Positions 13,090 to 26,100 of a stretch of 64,000 bases of DNA are shown piece after piece; position 1 is the stretch's first letter, and each line of letters opens with the position of its first letter. The notes under the pieces were generated by a model, which was not told the DNA's origin, searched no databases, and saw nothing but the letters and a program-made list of their open reading frames with translations. Source of the DNA: Lobosporangium transversale. Its lineage: Eukaryota. The stretch lies in contig NW_019029003.1 in assembly GCF_002105155.1 (NCBI RefSeq), positions 248,001-312,000 on the forward strand, given 5' to 3'. Position numbers and translations under genes: made by a program.

Positions 13090-13718
13090 GGCTGAAGCAC
13101 TGGCAAATGGTTGCCCGGGTTGTTTTTTTACATTCCTTTCAGAAGTCGGAACTTTTGGCAATATTGACACCGGTCTAAAGATGCACAATAAAGCCCAATG
13201 ATACAGCTTTCAAACACCACTTGCTGAAAAAGGTTCGTGAAATTCCGATTTTTGTCACGCTCTCCATCCGCAGATAGATTTATAATAATATCATTGATGA
13301 TTGTGGATGATTGTGACTCTAAGTAGCCCCATGGAGCCACCTGGCCTCTGAAAGCGATGTGTGTTGCGTATCGAGGCAAGCACCTCAGGGGCACTTTCAT
13401 TTTTATTCATTAGGTTAGAACATGGTGTGACGGTCAGGCGAGACTTTAATAAAAAGTTCTGTCTGGCAACAATCTCTTTGGCTTCAAGACTCGAAAATAT
13501 CGGCCTTGGAACTCATGAGCCAATAATAATCATAACAATCATCTCTAATTAACCTTGATCAAAGTTTGCAGAGAGTCAACTCAGCATTTAGCGCTTAAAC
13601 ATGGCAACAGTCCTTGAATAAATACTGGCATAAAAATCCTCAATCTACAACAAAACTATTCCTGCTTCACTCATCCACTCATAATCTCCCTACTTCTTAC
13701 CATTTGCATTTATTTACA

Positions 13719-16584
13719 ATGGAGTCTCAAACACCCATTCAACAGCGCTTGATATTTGTGAACTACAACGAGACGAATATGCATAGCGATCTGCTAGCTT
13801 CGCCTAGTCATAGAAAGTCTCAACAGCTTTCCACGAGTTCTCAAGAGGCTCCTTTGGACTTATGGAAGTATAGGCAGCAGATTCTTGATGCACAAAAGAA
13901 AGACTCCTCAATGCAAGGCTCATCAAAACAAAACTCGTCAGAGCAACATCCCCCATGGCTTAGTTCCGTGCTGCCTTCATCACAATCTTCAGAACAGTTT
14001 CCTGCACCGCTTCCACTAGCACAGTATCCACTCCTCCCTCCACCGCAAACTCCATATCAACTCCCTCCACCGCTCAATCTACAGCCGCCCGCACCACAAC
14101 TTCAACAGCAGCGCCCAACACCACTGAATCAACTATCTCCTGCGCCCCAACTTACACAGCGGCTTCAAACACCCCTTCTACCACCACCACCACAGTATCC
14201 GCTGCTGTCCGCGGCACAGCCCCCACAACAGTTCCGACAACAGCCTATACAAAGCCCCCAACGGTTTCAATCTGTCGGCTCTAAACATGGGCCTGCGGGA
14301 CGCATCAATAAGCCTGTGGTTTTAATGCCCAAACCATCCACTTCAAAGTACGAAATACATAGCTTTGACGTGAAGGAATATATCCTTCAAATGTGGAAGA
14401 GTCATGTAGCCAACCATCAGCTGTTTGGCGGAAAGCATTCCTTCCCAAAGCAAGGACCGTTTGAAGAGGAGCATCACCTTCGCCGACATACCATTAATCG
14501 CTTACTCGATTGGGAAAAGAAAGTCAAGCTCGAACCGCGGGCCAATTGGGGCAATAAGTTCAAAGTTGTGCGCCAGCCCTTTTATCCAGTGGAAGTAGTT
14601 CTTGTCCGAGCGCCGACTGCCTGTCAATCAACCGTTGATGAGGATAATGGCGGGCCATGTTTATGATATGCTTGTGACAAAGTTGGGTCCTTTGGAATTT
14701 GCAAAGCCCTCATTTTCATCAGGGTGGTTCGACTCATTCAAGGCCCATTGGGGTATTACATACCATAAGATGATGGGAGAAGCGGGCGGAGTTGACCTGG
14801 AAGCTATTGCGGAGGAGGTTGAAAAGATAAAGATTGCTTTGGAGGCGTATCGCATTGAAGATATCTATAATGCCGATGAGACTGGCTTGTTTCTCCAGAC
14901 ATTATCTTCATGGACTTTGGACTTTGAAAAGCTGGCAGGGATAAAGATTCCGTCTACAAGGGTTTCTATACTCCTTTGTACCAATGCTACCGGGACAGAT
15001 AAAAGAAAGCCGTTTGTCCTCAGTAAGTGTTTGAGAGTATTTTTCATATTTTTCCCCTTTCATTTTTCAAGCGTGTAAGCATTTCAAACAGTGTATGTAA
15101 TAACCAGAGTATTTCTAGGCAAATATCTTCCACGAGGCTTCCATAATGATAGCATTCTTCAGGAACTTATAGAGATTCATCCATGGAACGAGGCTGCTCA
15201 GGGCCATGGCAGCGATTTTGAGGATCATGACGAAAGTCTGAGCAGTACTCATACGAGAAGCCAAAAGAAGCCTCGCCATCGCCCTGACTACATGACAAGA
15301 ATCGTGTTTTTAAGTTGGCTAGAGAGGTTTCAAGAATCAATTGCTGCCCAAAATAATGAGCGAAAAGTTGCGCTACTTGTTGATAATGCAGGCTGCCATA
15401 AGCTCCTGGATGAGGACAGGCGGCGCTTCCCCAACATCGGAGTTATCTTTTTACCAAAAAACTCGACTTCTGTCACGCAGCCGCTTGATGCAGGAATCAT
15501 ATCTGTTTTTAAGCGATACTATCAGAGCAACGTAAGGAATCAGACTCTGAGCATGCGTTTGGACCCTTTCAATGTAGATGGTAGGCGGGTGAATGCCGTC
15601 TCTAACTATGATGCATGGAGAATCATTGCTGGATCATGGGACGAGGTCAAAAGTATGAGTATCAGGAACTGCTTTGGTCATGTCCCAATTTTTGGTAGGC
15701 GTCAAAAGAATGAGCTCTCAGGCAATGTCGCGCACGATCCAGATGTGCTTTGGGCCCTAGTGTGCGATAATGAAGCACAGGAAGCCGCAACCAACGACAC
15801 TGGCAACACGACAACGGACATGGGGCGCAATTACCCTCTTCTACCAAGTCCTAACCTTTCTGTGCCAAGTTCTAACATCCCTCTACCAAGTCCAAGCTCT
15901 AAGGATCCTTTTGTGTGCGCAGCTTACGGGGACCTTAATCGCACTGATCGTGAAGCGAGACTAAGGAATACGGTTGCACCATTTGCGAGGATCCTTGACG
16001 GGACACCCATCATATACCATGCCATCAATGAATTGCTGGAAGAAGAAGGCTTAGTTACTGAGAAACTTCTGTCGTACCTCGCCCCAAGACCAAGCGCCGC
16101 CGAACTTATGGATGTAGATTGGCAGGAGCATGATGATGACGATGACGAGGATCACGAAGTATATGTCAGTGATGCAGAGGAATTGGGCGAATATGTCGCG
16201 ATATCAAAAGCTAGTAGGAGAGGCTCCTATGTCAGTCGTGTCCATATCCAACCCTCAGATGACGATTCTTCTATGGATACTGATGGATCTGAAGAGCAAG
16301 TAGACTATGATGAGAGGGTCCAGAATATGTCTCCTGGTGCACGGCATGATGTTATGATGCTTGCTGCAGCAATAGCAAAAGGCGATGCTCGAAAGATCAT
16401 CCAGTTGCATGCTGACAAATTGTTTCTAACGGAGATCCCAGATTATGAAGATCCTAGTACCAAGTATGATAAGAAGCAGTTTTTGGCCGACCAAGCAGAG
16501 GCAAAAGCTAAACATCAAGAGCAACAAGAAACGTATGCGAAGATTATGGCTAAATTTCCAGATATACCCTCGTCCCAACGCTGA
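13719..16584 (+). pseudogene. pogo/Tigger-family (CENP-B HTH + DDE_1) transposase, frameshifted
   Basis: Motifs: FSSGWFDSFK..GEAGGVD, IYNADETGLF, LLCTNATGTDK, LLVDNAGCH, FLPKNSTSVTQPLDAGII (34 residues between the 2nd and 3rd Asp). Intron 15023-15118. Frame change near 14602-14620 separates the P/Q-rich N-terminus from the rest. Confidence 0.88.
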
Positions 16585-16600
16585 GAATTTTGCGCTGTAC

Positions 16601-17632
16601 TGTAATGCAATGCACACAAAGTGCCATCCATGAGGAGTACTTTTAGACTTGGTTTTTCACATTCCCAGCCCCCCGGAAAAAGTAATAAAGTGACGAGCTG
16701 TAGATTTATTAAATGTTATATATCGAATAAGTATGAGGGAGTGAGTGGTGAGTGAACAACAAAGGCCAAACATTCTTGTCCATGTGCGGCTGCGGATGCT
16801 CCGGATCCTCCTTCTTTTGTCTTGTATGTTATAATATTGATAATAGTAATAATATGATTATTAATATTATTAAAAAAAAAAAAAAAAAAAAAAAAAAGTT
16901 AGAATCGAGTACTGGCAAAATGTTATATCAGCTGTAGACTGAAAAAATGTTGAGGTGGTTACTATTATGGCAATTGACAGCGAGAATGACAGAGGCGACA
17001 GTGAAAAGGATCAAGACTTGCTCCATCTCGAAGCAGACAGAAAACCAACTGCAGAGACAGCGCTGGTCACTAACAATCATCACCATGGCGAAGATGGTGG
17101 GATTTTGCCACCGCGAAGATGGCTGTTAAACTCTCCCTGCCCTAAGGGTAGAGAGGGACCAATGCAGCTGCAGCTGTGTCTGTTGCTCGAGAGAGTAGCC
17201 GACATCGTGAATAGAACGGACTAGAGAAGAGGGACTTGCTTGATGGCTGATGCTATGATTGTGTCGTGTTTGATGATTGACAAAAGAAAAAAAAAAAAAT
17301 ACCACAAGATCTTTTCAAGCTTACGCCATCACCTTCCCTCAGTTGCAATCCCTTCCTTTAGCTACAATCTCCCTCACTTGCCAGTCACTTACCTGCCCTC
17401 CTGCCATGTTTGACATAGAGAGGTCAGCTTACAATAGTATTTTTGAATTGAGAGGCTCTTAGCCAACCAATGGCCTAGAAATATATCAAATTCGAAATTT
17501 GTACAAAAATGTACAATTATCGAGATTCCACTGTATGAGACCAGCCTGTCTGCAAAGTAGAGAGCCCGCCTTCCATTTATGGAACGGTGATTGGTGGCTT
17601 GCCGCTTTGCAGACAGGATGGCACCGAGCCTA
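16601..17632 (-). repeat. Right terminal inverted repeat (~1032 bp)
   Basis: Reverse complement of 10385-11413; begins 17 bp after the transposase stop codon. Confidence 0.96.
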
Positions 17633-19539
17633 TTAATAAACCACGTTTATACATATTTCGATGTGTGTGTTCATATTCATCTCTGCAAGTCTGTGCGTTC
17701 CAATAAACATTAGGTTACAGGAGTGTATAAAAGGCAAAAAAAAAGGTCTTCTACCTCAAACCGTCCATATCATACTTGCTTTCTTCTACACTTAACCCTC
17801 ACTTTTATTATAAAAAAGCAACACCATGAAAGAAGCTCGCAATTCTCATTGGCCCACTCCAAAGATTCATTCGACAAGGAGTCAAACTCTGAGGGCAAAA
17901 CAAAATTCTTCTTTCTTCTCCCTATGCCCCATCTCCTGCGAGAGGAAGCAAAAGAAAGCAGGAGAGCGAAGCGACCTCATTCACTATGAAGGAAATTAAG
18001 AGAGAAAAAGTGAATCCGCCACCTCGCCTCAAGCTCTTCCTTCTCATACTCAACGTATAGCCAGGAACAACATAGGAAAGAAGGCTACCATCACTTCTCT
18101 TTCGGCTTCCTTCATGGATCCTTTGCCCTCCGCGAACGCTTTTCCTTCCACATCATCCCTTATGTGCTTGAACACAGAAGCTGCCGAGTCGTTAGACTGC
18201 TCCCTTTGTCAAAAAAAGCCATCGGGCTCCAACGCCCGGTGTATGACTTGGAAACTAACCCAAGCAGACAATCGAGAGCCTTATGTGCACCTACAAGATC
18301 CATATGAGCAGGAGTGGGTGAAGCTTGGTGATTTGGATCCAGAAGAAGTTGAGCAGGCGTTTTCATTATTGGAGAAATGGGAAAACTTTAGTGACTTGAA
18401 CGTCGATGATGTCGAGAGGGCATTCGCGCCCATTGAGAAAGGTGTCTCAAGGAATTAAGTTTGCATTTTGTGAGAATTTTTTAAATAAACAACTCCGATC
18501 TACCCATGTTTCAGGCGCAGTTTTTGAAGATATACACGGCCTTACCAAATATGGAATCGGTACAGAACCCTGACATTTTAATTCACAAACGTCCTTTATT
18601 TTCAAAGCTTCCCTAGGTAGCAACGAAGGAATGTATCCTTTATCCCTCACTGTTATGAAGGGCTCAAAATGATATTATAAATTAACACGATGTTGATCAA
18701 TAAGGACAACGCATCTTATACAAAAAGGCATTGAAATATCATGTCATCTCATACAACCATGCGTGCCTGCAGAAGCTGTGGGAGTACTGAACACTTCAGA
18801 GCCTCGAACGCGGCTTGCCCAAACTATCGGTAAAATACCCAAGCTAGCACTATGCGCTGAAACCAAATCAGGATAGTGTGTTCCTGAAGAGAAAGAAAAC
18901 CTGTCTAATGAAAATGCTAATAAGCCTACTATGTCACCTAAAATACATGTATGCCCCATACCAGTCCCAGATCAGCAAAAAGGCCATGCGCATGTGGGAG
19001 CATTTTGCACTCAAGGAGTACACACACATCATGCCCTCGCAATCCACTAATTATTCAAACTACTCTGCCTGAAAACAGGTAAATGGATAAATGGAAGCTG
19101 TTCACAAACTGATATGGATATGAGACTGTCACTGTTGGGTGTTGACTATGCACATTTTTTGGTGAAATATTACATCTTGAATAGGGCTGTCATACCTGAG
19201 GGCCAAGCTTTAGAAGCTTTGAATGTCCGCGAAACCATGCAACGCCGGGATCGAGCTTCGCGACAAGAGGCAGAAATTGAGGCAGACGTTCGGTAAACCT
19301 TTTAAGAGATTAAGGCTATTACTGATAAGGTGCAAAAAAAAAAAAAAAAAAAAAAAATTAATGCGTCAATTACTGCATAAATGCATAAATGCATATTTTA
19401 ATATCTTTATGCCGATATAGAGCTGGTGCCAGAGTCAATCCAGGGAGCATTGCCCGTGTCACGATAGAAGAATTTCGTGAAGAGATCGTAGCTGGCGACA
19501 GGCATCAGTTCTATATCTCACAGGCATTCGATCGGCGAG

Positions 19540-21295
19540 ATGGTCCAGTGCAGACACTGTAAGGCGTTCGTTTGGCTTGAAGAGCGCCTAAAAGCTTCTA
19601 CCATCCATTCGCCGGTTTTCTCGCTCTGTTGTGGACAAGGAAAAATTAGGCTGCCCGAACTTCGTCCAATTCCCCAGCTAATCGATCTTATCAGTGGTAA
19701 TTCTGAAGAAAGCTGTGACTTTCGGACTCATATAAGGCAATACAATTCTTCACTCTCTTATGTCTCATTGGGTGCCAACTACGATCGTGAACTTGCCAAC
19801 GCCAGGGATGGCTGTACACATTCCGAATCAACGGGGCAGTGGTACACAGGATCGGGTCTCTACTGCCTCCAGATGATCAATCAGCCAAGTTCGCTCAAAT
19901 TTACTTCCTCGATCCTGTGGCTACCAAAGGCGAGGATACAAGGCGATTGTTTTTCATTGATGGGTCAGGAGGGACAGGAAAGTCTTTTCTCTTCAATACA
20001 GCAATTGATTACATCCGTGGCACCCTTAAAAAGGAAGTCATCGTGGTAGCTTCCTCAGCAATAGCTGCACTGATTTTGAATTCGGGAAGCACTGCGCACT
20101 CTGTTTTTAAAATACCGATCCCAATCTATTCGAATTCGACTTGCAACCTCAAGCATGGGCAAAGTATCGCAAACAGGATTATAAATACAGATGTGATTTT
20201 TTGGGATGAAGGTCCTATGCAACACCGCCATGTTTTTGAAGCTGTTGATAGGACTATAAAGGACCTCACAAAGATCAATGAGCCATTTGGCGGGAAAATT
20301 GTTGTGTTTGGAGGAGACTTCCTGTTGTGAAAAATGGGTCAAGAGGGGACATTGTACATGCTTGCTTAAAAAGATCAGCGCTTTGGGAGCATGTAACAAT
20401 GCTCAGGCTCACTATGAACATGAGGGTATTACGAGGCTCCTCAGATCCAGAGGCTCAAGCTTTCGTCGACTATTTGCTTCAAGTAGGAAGCGGTACAGAG
20501 GGCACGATACAGATTGGGCTTGAAAACGATTACATCAAGCTGCCTGAGCAGTGTATCTTCAGAACTACAGGCCTTGATTCCGAGGAGAAGCAGCTCATTG
20601 CGAGCATATATCCGCAGTTGGGAACTTATCCTAATTTCTCTCTGAGCTACTGGGAAAGTCGTGCCATTTTATCTGCGCTTAATGAGGATGTCGACAAACT
20701 GAATGCTTTAGCAACAGAAATGTTTCCAGGTGATGACCCAAGAGTCTACTATGGACAGGATTCTATCCCCGATGCTGAGGACCCAACAGCAGCTACTTAT
20801 ACTACGGAATCCCTTAATTCCCTAAACCCTCCTGGAATGCCCTCTAACATTCTGAAGCTAAAGGTCAGGCAGCCCGTCGTCCTCTTGAGGAATATGAGTC
20901 CAATGGAGGGTCTCTGTAACGGTACGCGCCTCATTGTGCGTAAACTTGGGAACAAAGTCATCGAAGCTGAAATAATGGCGGGAAAATTTAAGAGCATACG
21001 CCACTACATCCCACGGCTCAATATCGGTGCAACTGATGATGGATCATCTCCCGTCATATTTCAGCGGCGCCAGTTTCCCCTAAGACCTGCCTTCGCCAAG
21101 GCTCAGGGGCAGACTCTTCAGAATGTTGGCGTATACCTTCCACGACCCGTTTTTGGCCATGGTCATGGGCAGCTTTATGTGGCTCTCTCACGCTGCTCAG
21201 ACCCCAAGCAGCTGAAGATTCGCATCAAAAATGATTCAAATAATTTTTGTACAAACACGAGGAATATTGTGTACCATGAGGTCTTTGGTCTCTAA
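19540..21295 (+). pseudogene. Helitron RepHel remnant (N-terminal Cys region fused to PIF1 helicase; Rep/HUH domain deleted)
   Basis: CRHCKAFVWLEER..CCGQGKI..FRTHIRQYNSSLS and FAQIYFLDP are joined directly to FFIDGSGGTGKS (Walker A). Then WDEGPM, FGGKIVVFGGDF, LTMNMR, GLCNGTRL, RRQFPLRPAFA-KAQGQT, HGQLYVALSR. Frameshifts and small deletions present. Confidence 0.92.
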
Positions 21296-21734
21296 ATTTA
21301 TTCTACCACGTTTTACAAAATGACACACAAAAAAAAATTCACACACCACACACACTCATTCGCTCTCACACACGTACATTCATACATTATGTCTTCTACC
21401 TCCACCATCACCAAGACTTCTCAAGGTCGTCAGACGGTCTCTATAAAAGCACCTCTATTGACCCCAAATACCAGTGAAGTAAGTTTCTATTAAACTTTGA
21501 GTCTTGGATATCAACAGAGGATCAGAGCTATAATTGACTAACACTAAGGAGAATTTGGTATCGTTCTTTTAGACAATACTTTCGCCCTCCTCCTCAATCG
21601 ACCTATTCCCTCCTGCTTCTCAGGTAAAGGCAGCCTCTATCATAGTCATATGGTTGTACGTGAAGACTAGACAAAATAATAATTTTTTTTTTTTTTTTTT
21701 TCAATCAGTCATGTGATGATGATAGCCTTGATAC

Positions 21735-22098
21735 TGTTGCAAAATTTAGGGGCAGATGTGGTAGGAGATTTAGGTCGTTTTGGTGGATTATGAAGCCGGT
21801 CACTTCCAGCTGCAGATAGATAAATAATTCTAACACAATAAAAGAACACACACACTACTCAAAGACTGGACGAGAACAGTCAGTACTCAAATGGCTCTTG
21901 TGTAAAAATAAGGAACCTTTAATGATCTATGGCTACTAACGACGAACGTTGTGAGGGCTCTTTACCTGGACGAGAACAGTCAGTACTCAAATGGCTCTTG
22001 TGTAAAAATAAGGAACAAGGAGCCAGATTTTCCTGAGCTGTTGCTCGTTAAATAGTTGGTGGCGAACCCTCTACACGTGACTAAAACTAAAACCAACA
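21735..22098 (-). repeat. 3' LTR (364 bp)
   Basis: Direct repeat of 28316-28679; contains an internal 51-bp duplication (21866-21916 and 21966-22016). Confidence 0.96.
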
Positions 22099-22362
22099 CC
22101 CCCACCAGCTGCGAAGTTCGGCTCCGCCAAGCCGCAGCTCAAAAAGAAAGAAACTCATTGTGCTGTTTGCGCTTCTACCACCTTGACTCTTGCTACCCCG
22201 CATTTTGGTCATTGCATCATTGTTCTTGTCACCCTTTGGTTCGCCTTGGCATCGACCAAGGAAAATTTTCTTTCTTCGGCCAATCATTTTGATCCGTGAT
22301 CACGCCATTACTTCCACATGATGATGTTGCCATGGACATAAATGTTGGTTCATTCCTCCATT

Positions 22363-22397
<35 letters not shown>

Positions 22398-22461
22398 CTT
22401 TTTTTTTTTTTCATTCGCAACTCCTTCCTCCTTGCCCTGCTTGAACTACTTCATCGTCATC

Positions 22462-23177
22462 ATGGCCCGCACTGTTATTAAGAAAGACGAGGTTCCTCCT
22501 TGCCCAAGACCAACCACTTCCACCAAGACAATGCTTCCCTCTTCAGACAAGAGCTTAAGTCTGTCTTTGGGCACGTCTCCAGAGTCGCGTCCTGCTGTCA
22601 CTTCTCACTCTCCTATCACTCCTTCGACCCCTACCACTCCTCCTGCTTCTGCTTCTTCTTCTACTCCTGCCGTTGTTCCTGCTCCTGCCGTCGTTGTCAC
22701 TCCCCCTTCTTCTGCTTCTCCTGAGGTGGTTGCCCTTACTGACCACGAGGTTGGCCCTTCCTCTGTTTCGCCATTTGCAGCGGAGAAGTCTTCTCCAGAA
22801 TCTCCTCAGTCCCAGACAGTTCCCCCCCCGCTCGAGAGCTAAATAAGCGGTCAGCTGAGGCCTTTCAAGACATAGACGAGCCAATTGAGAAACGCGTACG
22901 GGCGAAGTATCTTCTTCACGGCGAGGTGGCATTCTCCAGAGGCTTGGCTGACCAGTCGCGTCTTCGCGAGAGGCTTCGTTCACGGAAGGTGCAACTTGCG
23001 CCTGAGGAGCGTCACGAGATTGAGCTTGACCTGTCCTTGGCGACAAGGGATGTGGAGATTGGATTGGAGTGCCTTCGTTTGCTGTGTCCTCCCGCCCCCG
23101 ACCCAGACTTGGCTGGTGTAATTGATCTGGCGCGAGAGGTTGTTCGGTGTCGGCGTAGTGGGGATTCTTCTCAGTAG
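22462..23177 (+). CDS. Putative antisense ORF of the LTR element (~238 aa if the C8 run at 22822-22829 is read as C9)
   Basis: MARTVIKK.. S/P/T-rich ORF runs to 22842. A second open frame from 22830 (ARELNKRSAEAFQD..EERHEIELDL) runs to 23177. One extra C joins them. Confidence 0.4.
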
Positions 23178-26100
23178 CTCTCTGTAGGTTCTCAATAAAA
23201 TCATCTTCCCATAATCGTTGCCTTTGAGTTGCGAGCTTGAGGAAGTCTCCATTAATTGTTTCTACCCCATCCTTTGTGCCATAATGCGTTCGACCCGTCT
23301 TGATCCCATATGATCCCTTTTCATTCGCCCAGACTACTTCAAATGGACCTAACCAACGCGGCTCCAGCTTGCGTCCAAAGCCTGTGACGAAATCCAAATT
23401 GAACATGTAAACCCTTGATCCTACTTCGAACGATTGTGGGCGAACACGTCGATCATAGTAACGTTTCATCCTGTCATTGGCATTAAGCTTGCATGAGTAT
23501 GCATACTCACGGATTCCCTCTCTTCTTACGATAAATCTCGCCATGCTTTCTTCTAGGACTACATCGTTCTCTTCCGGTGCCTCTGCTGAAACGAGGAACT
23601 TGTCGTCCGCGAACAGTCGCCGTAACGCTGACTGTCCTGTGTAGCCCATAAGTGCTTCCATTGGCGACACTCCTGTGCTCCTAACGACTCGACAATTCAC
23701 GTCGAATACTGCTTTCGGTAGGAATGCATCCCAATCCTTAGATCCAGCTGGCAGTACTCTCCTCAGTCGCTCCTCGATAAGCTTATTTGTCGCCTCGACC
23801 TGTCCCTGACTTTGCGGATGCCTTGTCGAACCAGTGACGTGCTTGATCCCCCAGAGGTCACAGAAAGTCTTGAATTCGTTACGAAATGCGGGGCCTCCAT
23901 CCGATCTAATCATAACAGGGAGCCCGAACCGACAGATAATCTTCATAAATAGAACAGCTAGGACGCCTTGCGCGCCTTTGTTGGCCACTGCATGTGCTTC
24001 AGTCCACTTGGTGAAGGAATCTGTGAAGACGACTATGGTGGTCATCCCCCTAGGCGTTTCGACTAAGTTCTCAATCAAGTCAACGAAGAGAACTTCAAAT
24101 GGGAACTCGGAGACCGTAGGATGCAACCTGTTATGTTTCACTCGACTTCCAAATTGCTGGCAACGGCCGCAAGACTTGACCCAGTGGAATACATCCCGTC
24201 TCATCGTTGGCCACCAACACACGTCACGAACTGTTGCTAGGGTAGACTCTGCTCCATAGTGACCGCCCTTGTCGTGTGCCTCCTTCAGCACACCTTCGAC
24301 TTCATCCTCAACTACGCACCTCTTCTCTCTGTTGTCGGCATCTCTATACAGTAGGTCACCTTCCTTCGTCAGTCGAAACCTGTATGCCTGTCTCTTGATC
24401 CTCCTCATTTCAACTTTGTCTTCTAACTCCAGTCTCATCTCGGCTAGGTACATGTAGAAGTTCGCGTACCATTGGCTCGCCAGCCACTTTTCTCCTGTGG
24501 ATTCTGCCCTTCGGCTCAGACACTCTGGCACCTCGTCATCGATGTCATCCGTGGCTATTCCTTCCGACATAATGCGACTCATCCCGTCTGCATTGCCGTT
24601 CTTCGTACCTGGTTTGGTCTTAATGACCAGCTCGAATTCCGACAGAATCATCTGCCACCGCGCAGGTCGACCAGTCAGATCAGTCTTGGAAAACAACCAT
24701 TTGAGTGGCGCATGGTCTGTGTAAACGACAACGGACCTACCCAGGATGTAAGGCCGAAACTTCTTGACGGCTATGACAACGGCGAGGCACTCTTGCTCAA
24801 AGGTAGAGTAGTTGCGTTCGGCTCCTTGAAAGGTCTTCGAGTAAAAGTAGACCGGTCTCAACTTACCCTCCTCATCTTCTTGTTCTAGCACTGCGCCCAT
24901 AGCGTATTTGCAGGCGTCACACGAGACCACCCAATCCTTCTCGAAATCTGGAGCCTTAAGTACCGGAGCTTGAATTAACTTGGCTTTGAGACCCTTTACT
25001 GCGGCCACCTGTTCAGGACCCATGGTGAAGCTTGCACCTTTCTTGAGGAGCCTCGTCAGCGGCTCTGCAATCTGAGCGTAGCTTTCGACGAACCTTCGAT
25101 AGTAGCCCGTCAAGCCCAAGAATGCACGTACATCTTCCTTGCTACGTAATGGGGTGAAATTCTTGACCTTGTCAACTTTGTCTGGCATGACCTCAATTCC
25201 ATCTTTGCCGACCACGTGGCCAGTAAACTTCACCTTGTCATACCCGAAATGGAGCTTACTAGTCTTGTACTTGACTCCTCCTGCGCGAGCTGCCGCAAAC
25301 GTATGATCGAGGGCTCTCAAATGCTCTCCCCAGGTCATCGTGCGCACGCACACATCGTCCATGTACGCCTCAAGCACTCTTCCGATAAGGTCTGAGTACA
25401 CTTTTCTAACGAAGCGACTGAAGGTATGTGGCGCGTTCTTGAGCCCAAATGGCATTACCTTGTATGCAAACGTCCCAAAAGGCGTACGGAAGCCAAGATA
25501 CTTGACATGCTCTTTTTTGATGCCAATCACGTAATAACCTTGAAATCCGTCCAGGCTACTGTAGTACTCGAATCCGCCTAAGTTGTCAAGTATTTCCTCG
25601 ATGTTTGGCAGTGGCCAGCTCTCCCTTTCGGTAACCTTATTTAGGCCTATGTATGCGACGCACTTGCGCAAGGATCCGTCTTTCTTAGGAGCAAGACTCA
25701 GCGGCGCGCACCACTCGCTCTCCATCTCTATGATTTTTCCTGCCTTAAGCTCATCATCAACACTCTTCTTAAGGAAGTCAAGCTCCTTCGGCGAGTACCG
25801 TTTGCACCATCCTACGTACACTGGCTTGGCGCCTGGTTGAATGTTGATCTCATGTTCTAAAATAGACGTCACTTCGAGGTCCTCAAGGTTGGTAGTCAGC
25901 CTGTCCTTATTCTTTTCAAGTAACTCCACAATCTGTCCGTATTGCTCATTGGACAAATTTGGGTTGATGTCCACGTTGACTCCGTCAACCGCGAACGGCT
26001 GCCTTTTTACGCGAGCATCGTCATTCTCGCACTGTATCTTGCTAGAGAACACTCTTGCGGTCATCGCCTGCAGATCCGGGTCACCAACCTCTATTGTCTT

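Larger units (their letters stand above)
10385..17632 (+). mobile_element. Long-TIR DNA transposon with 9-bp TSD, nested pogo-type ends, transposase and nuclease-like cargo
   Basis: TIRs 10385-11413 and 16601-17632 start TAGGCTCGGTGCC. Direct repeat TTAATAAAC at 10376-10384 and 17633-17641. Inner TA|CAGTGGAATCTCGATAA ends at 10484 and 17533. Confidence 0.93.

Noticed and set aside
16752..17462. Short ORFs duplicated in both TIRs (mirrored at 10555-11262)
   Set aside because: The duplication follows from the inverted repeat. No recognisable motif, and trial splicing gave no convincing protein.
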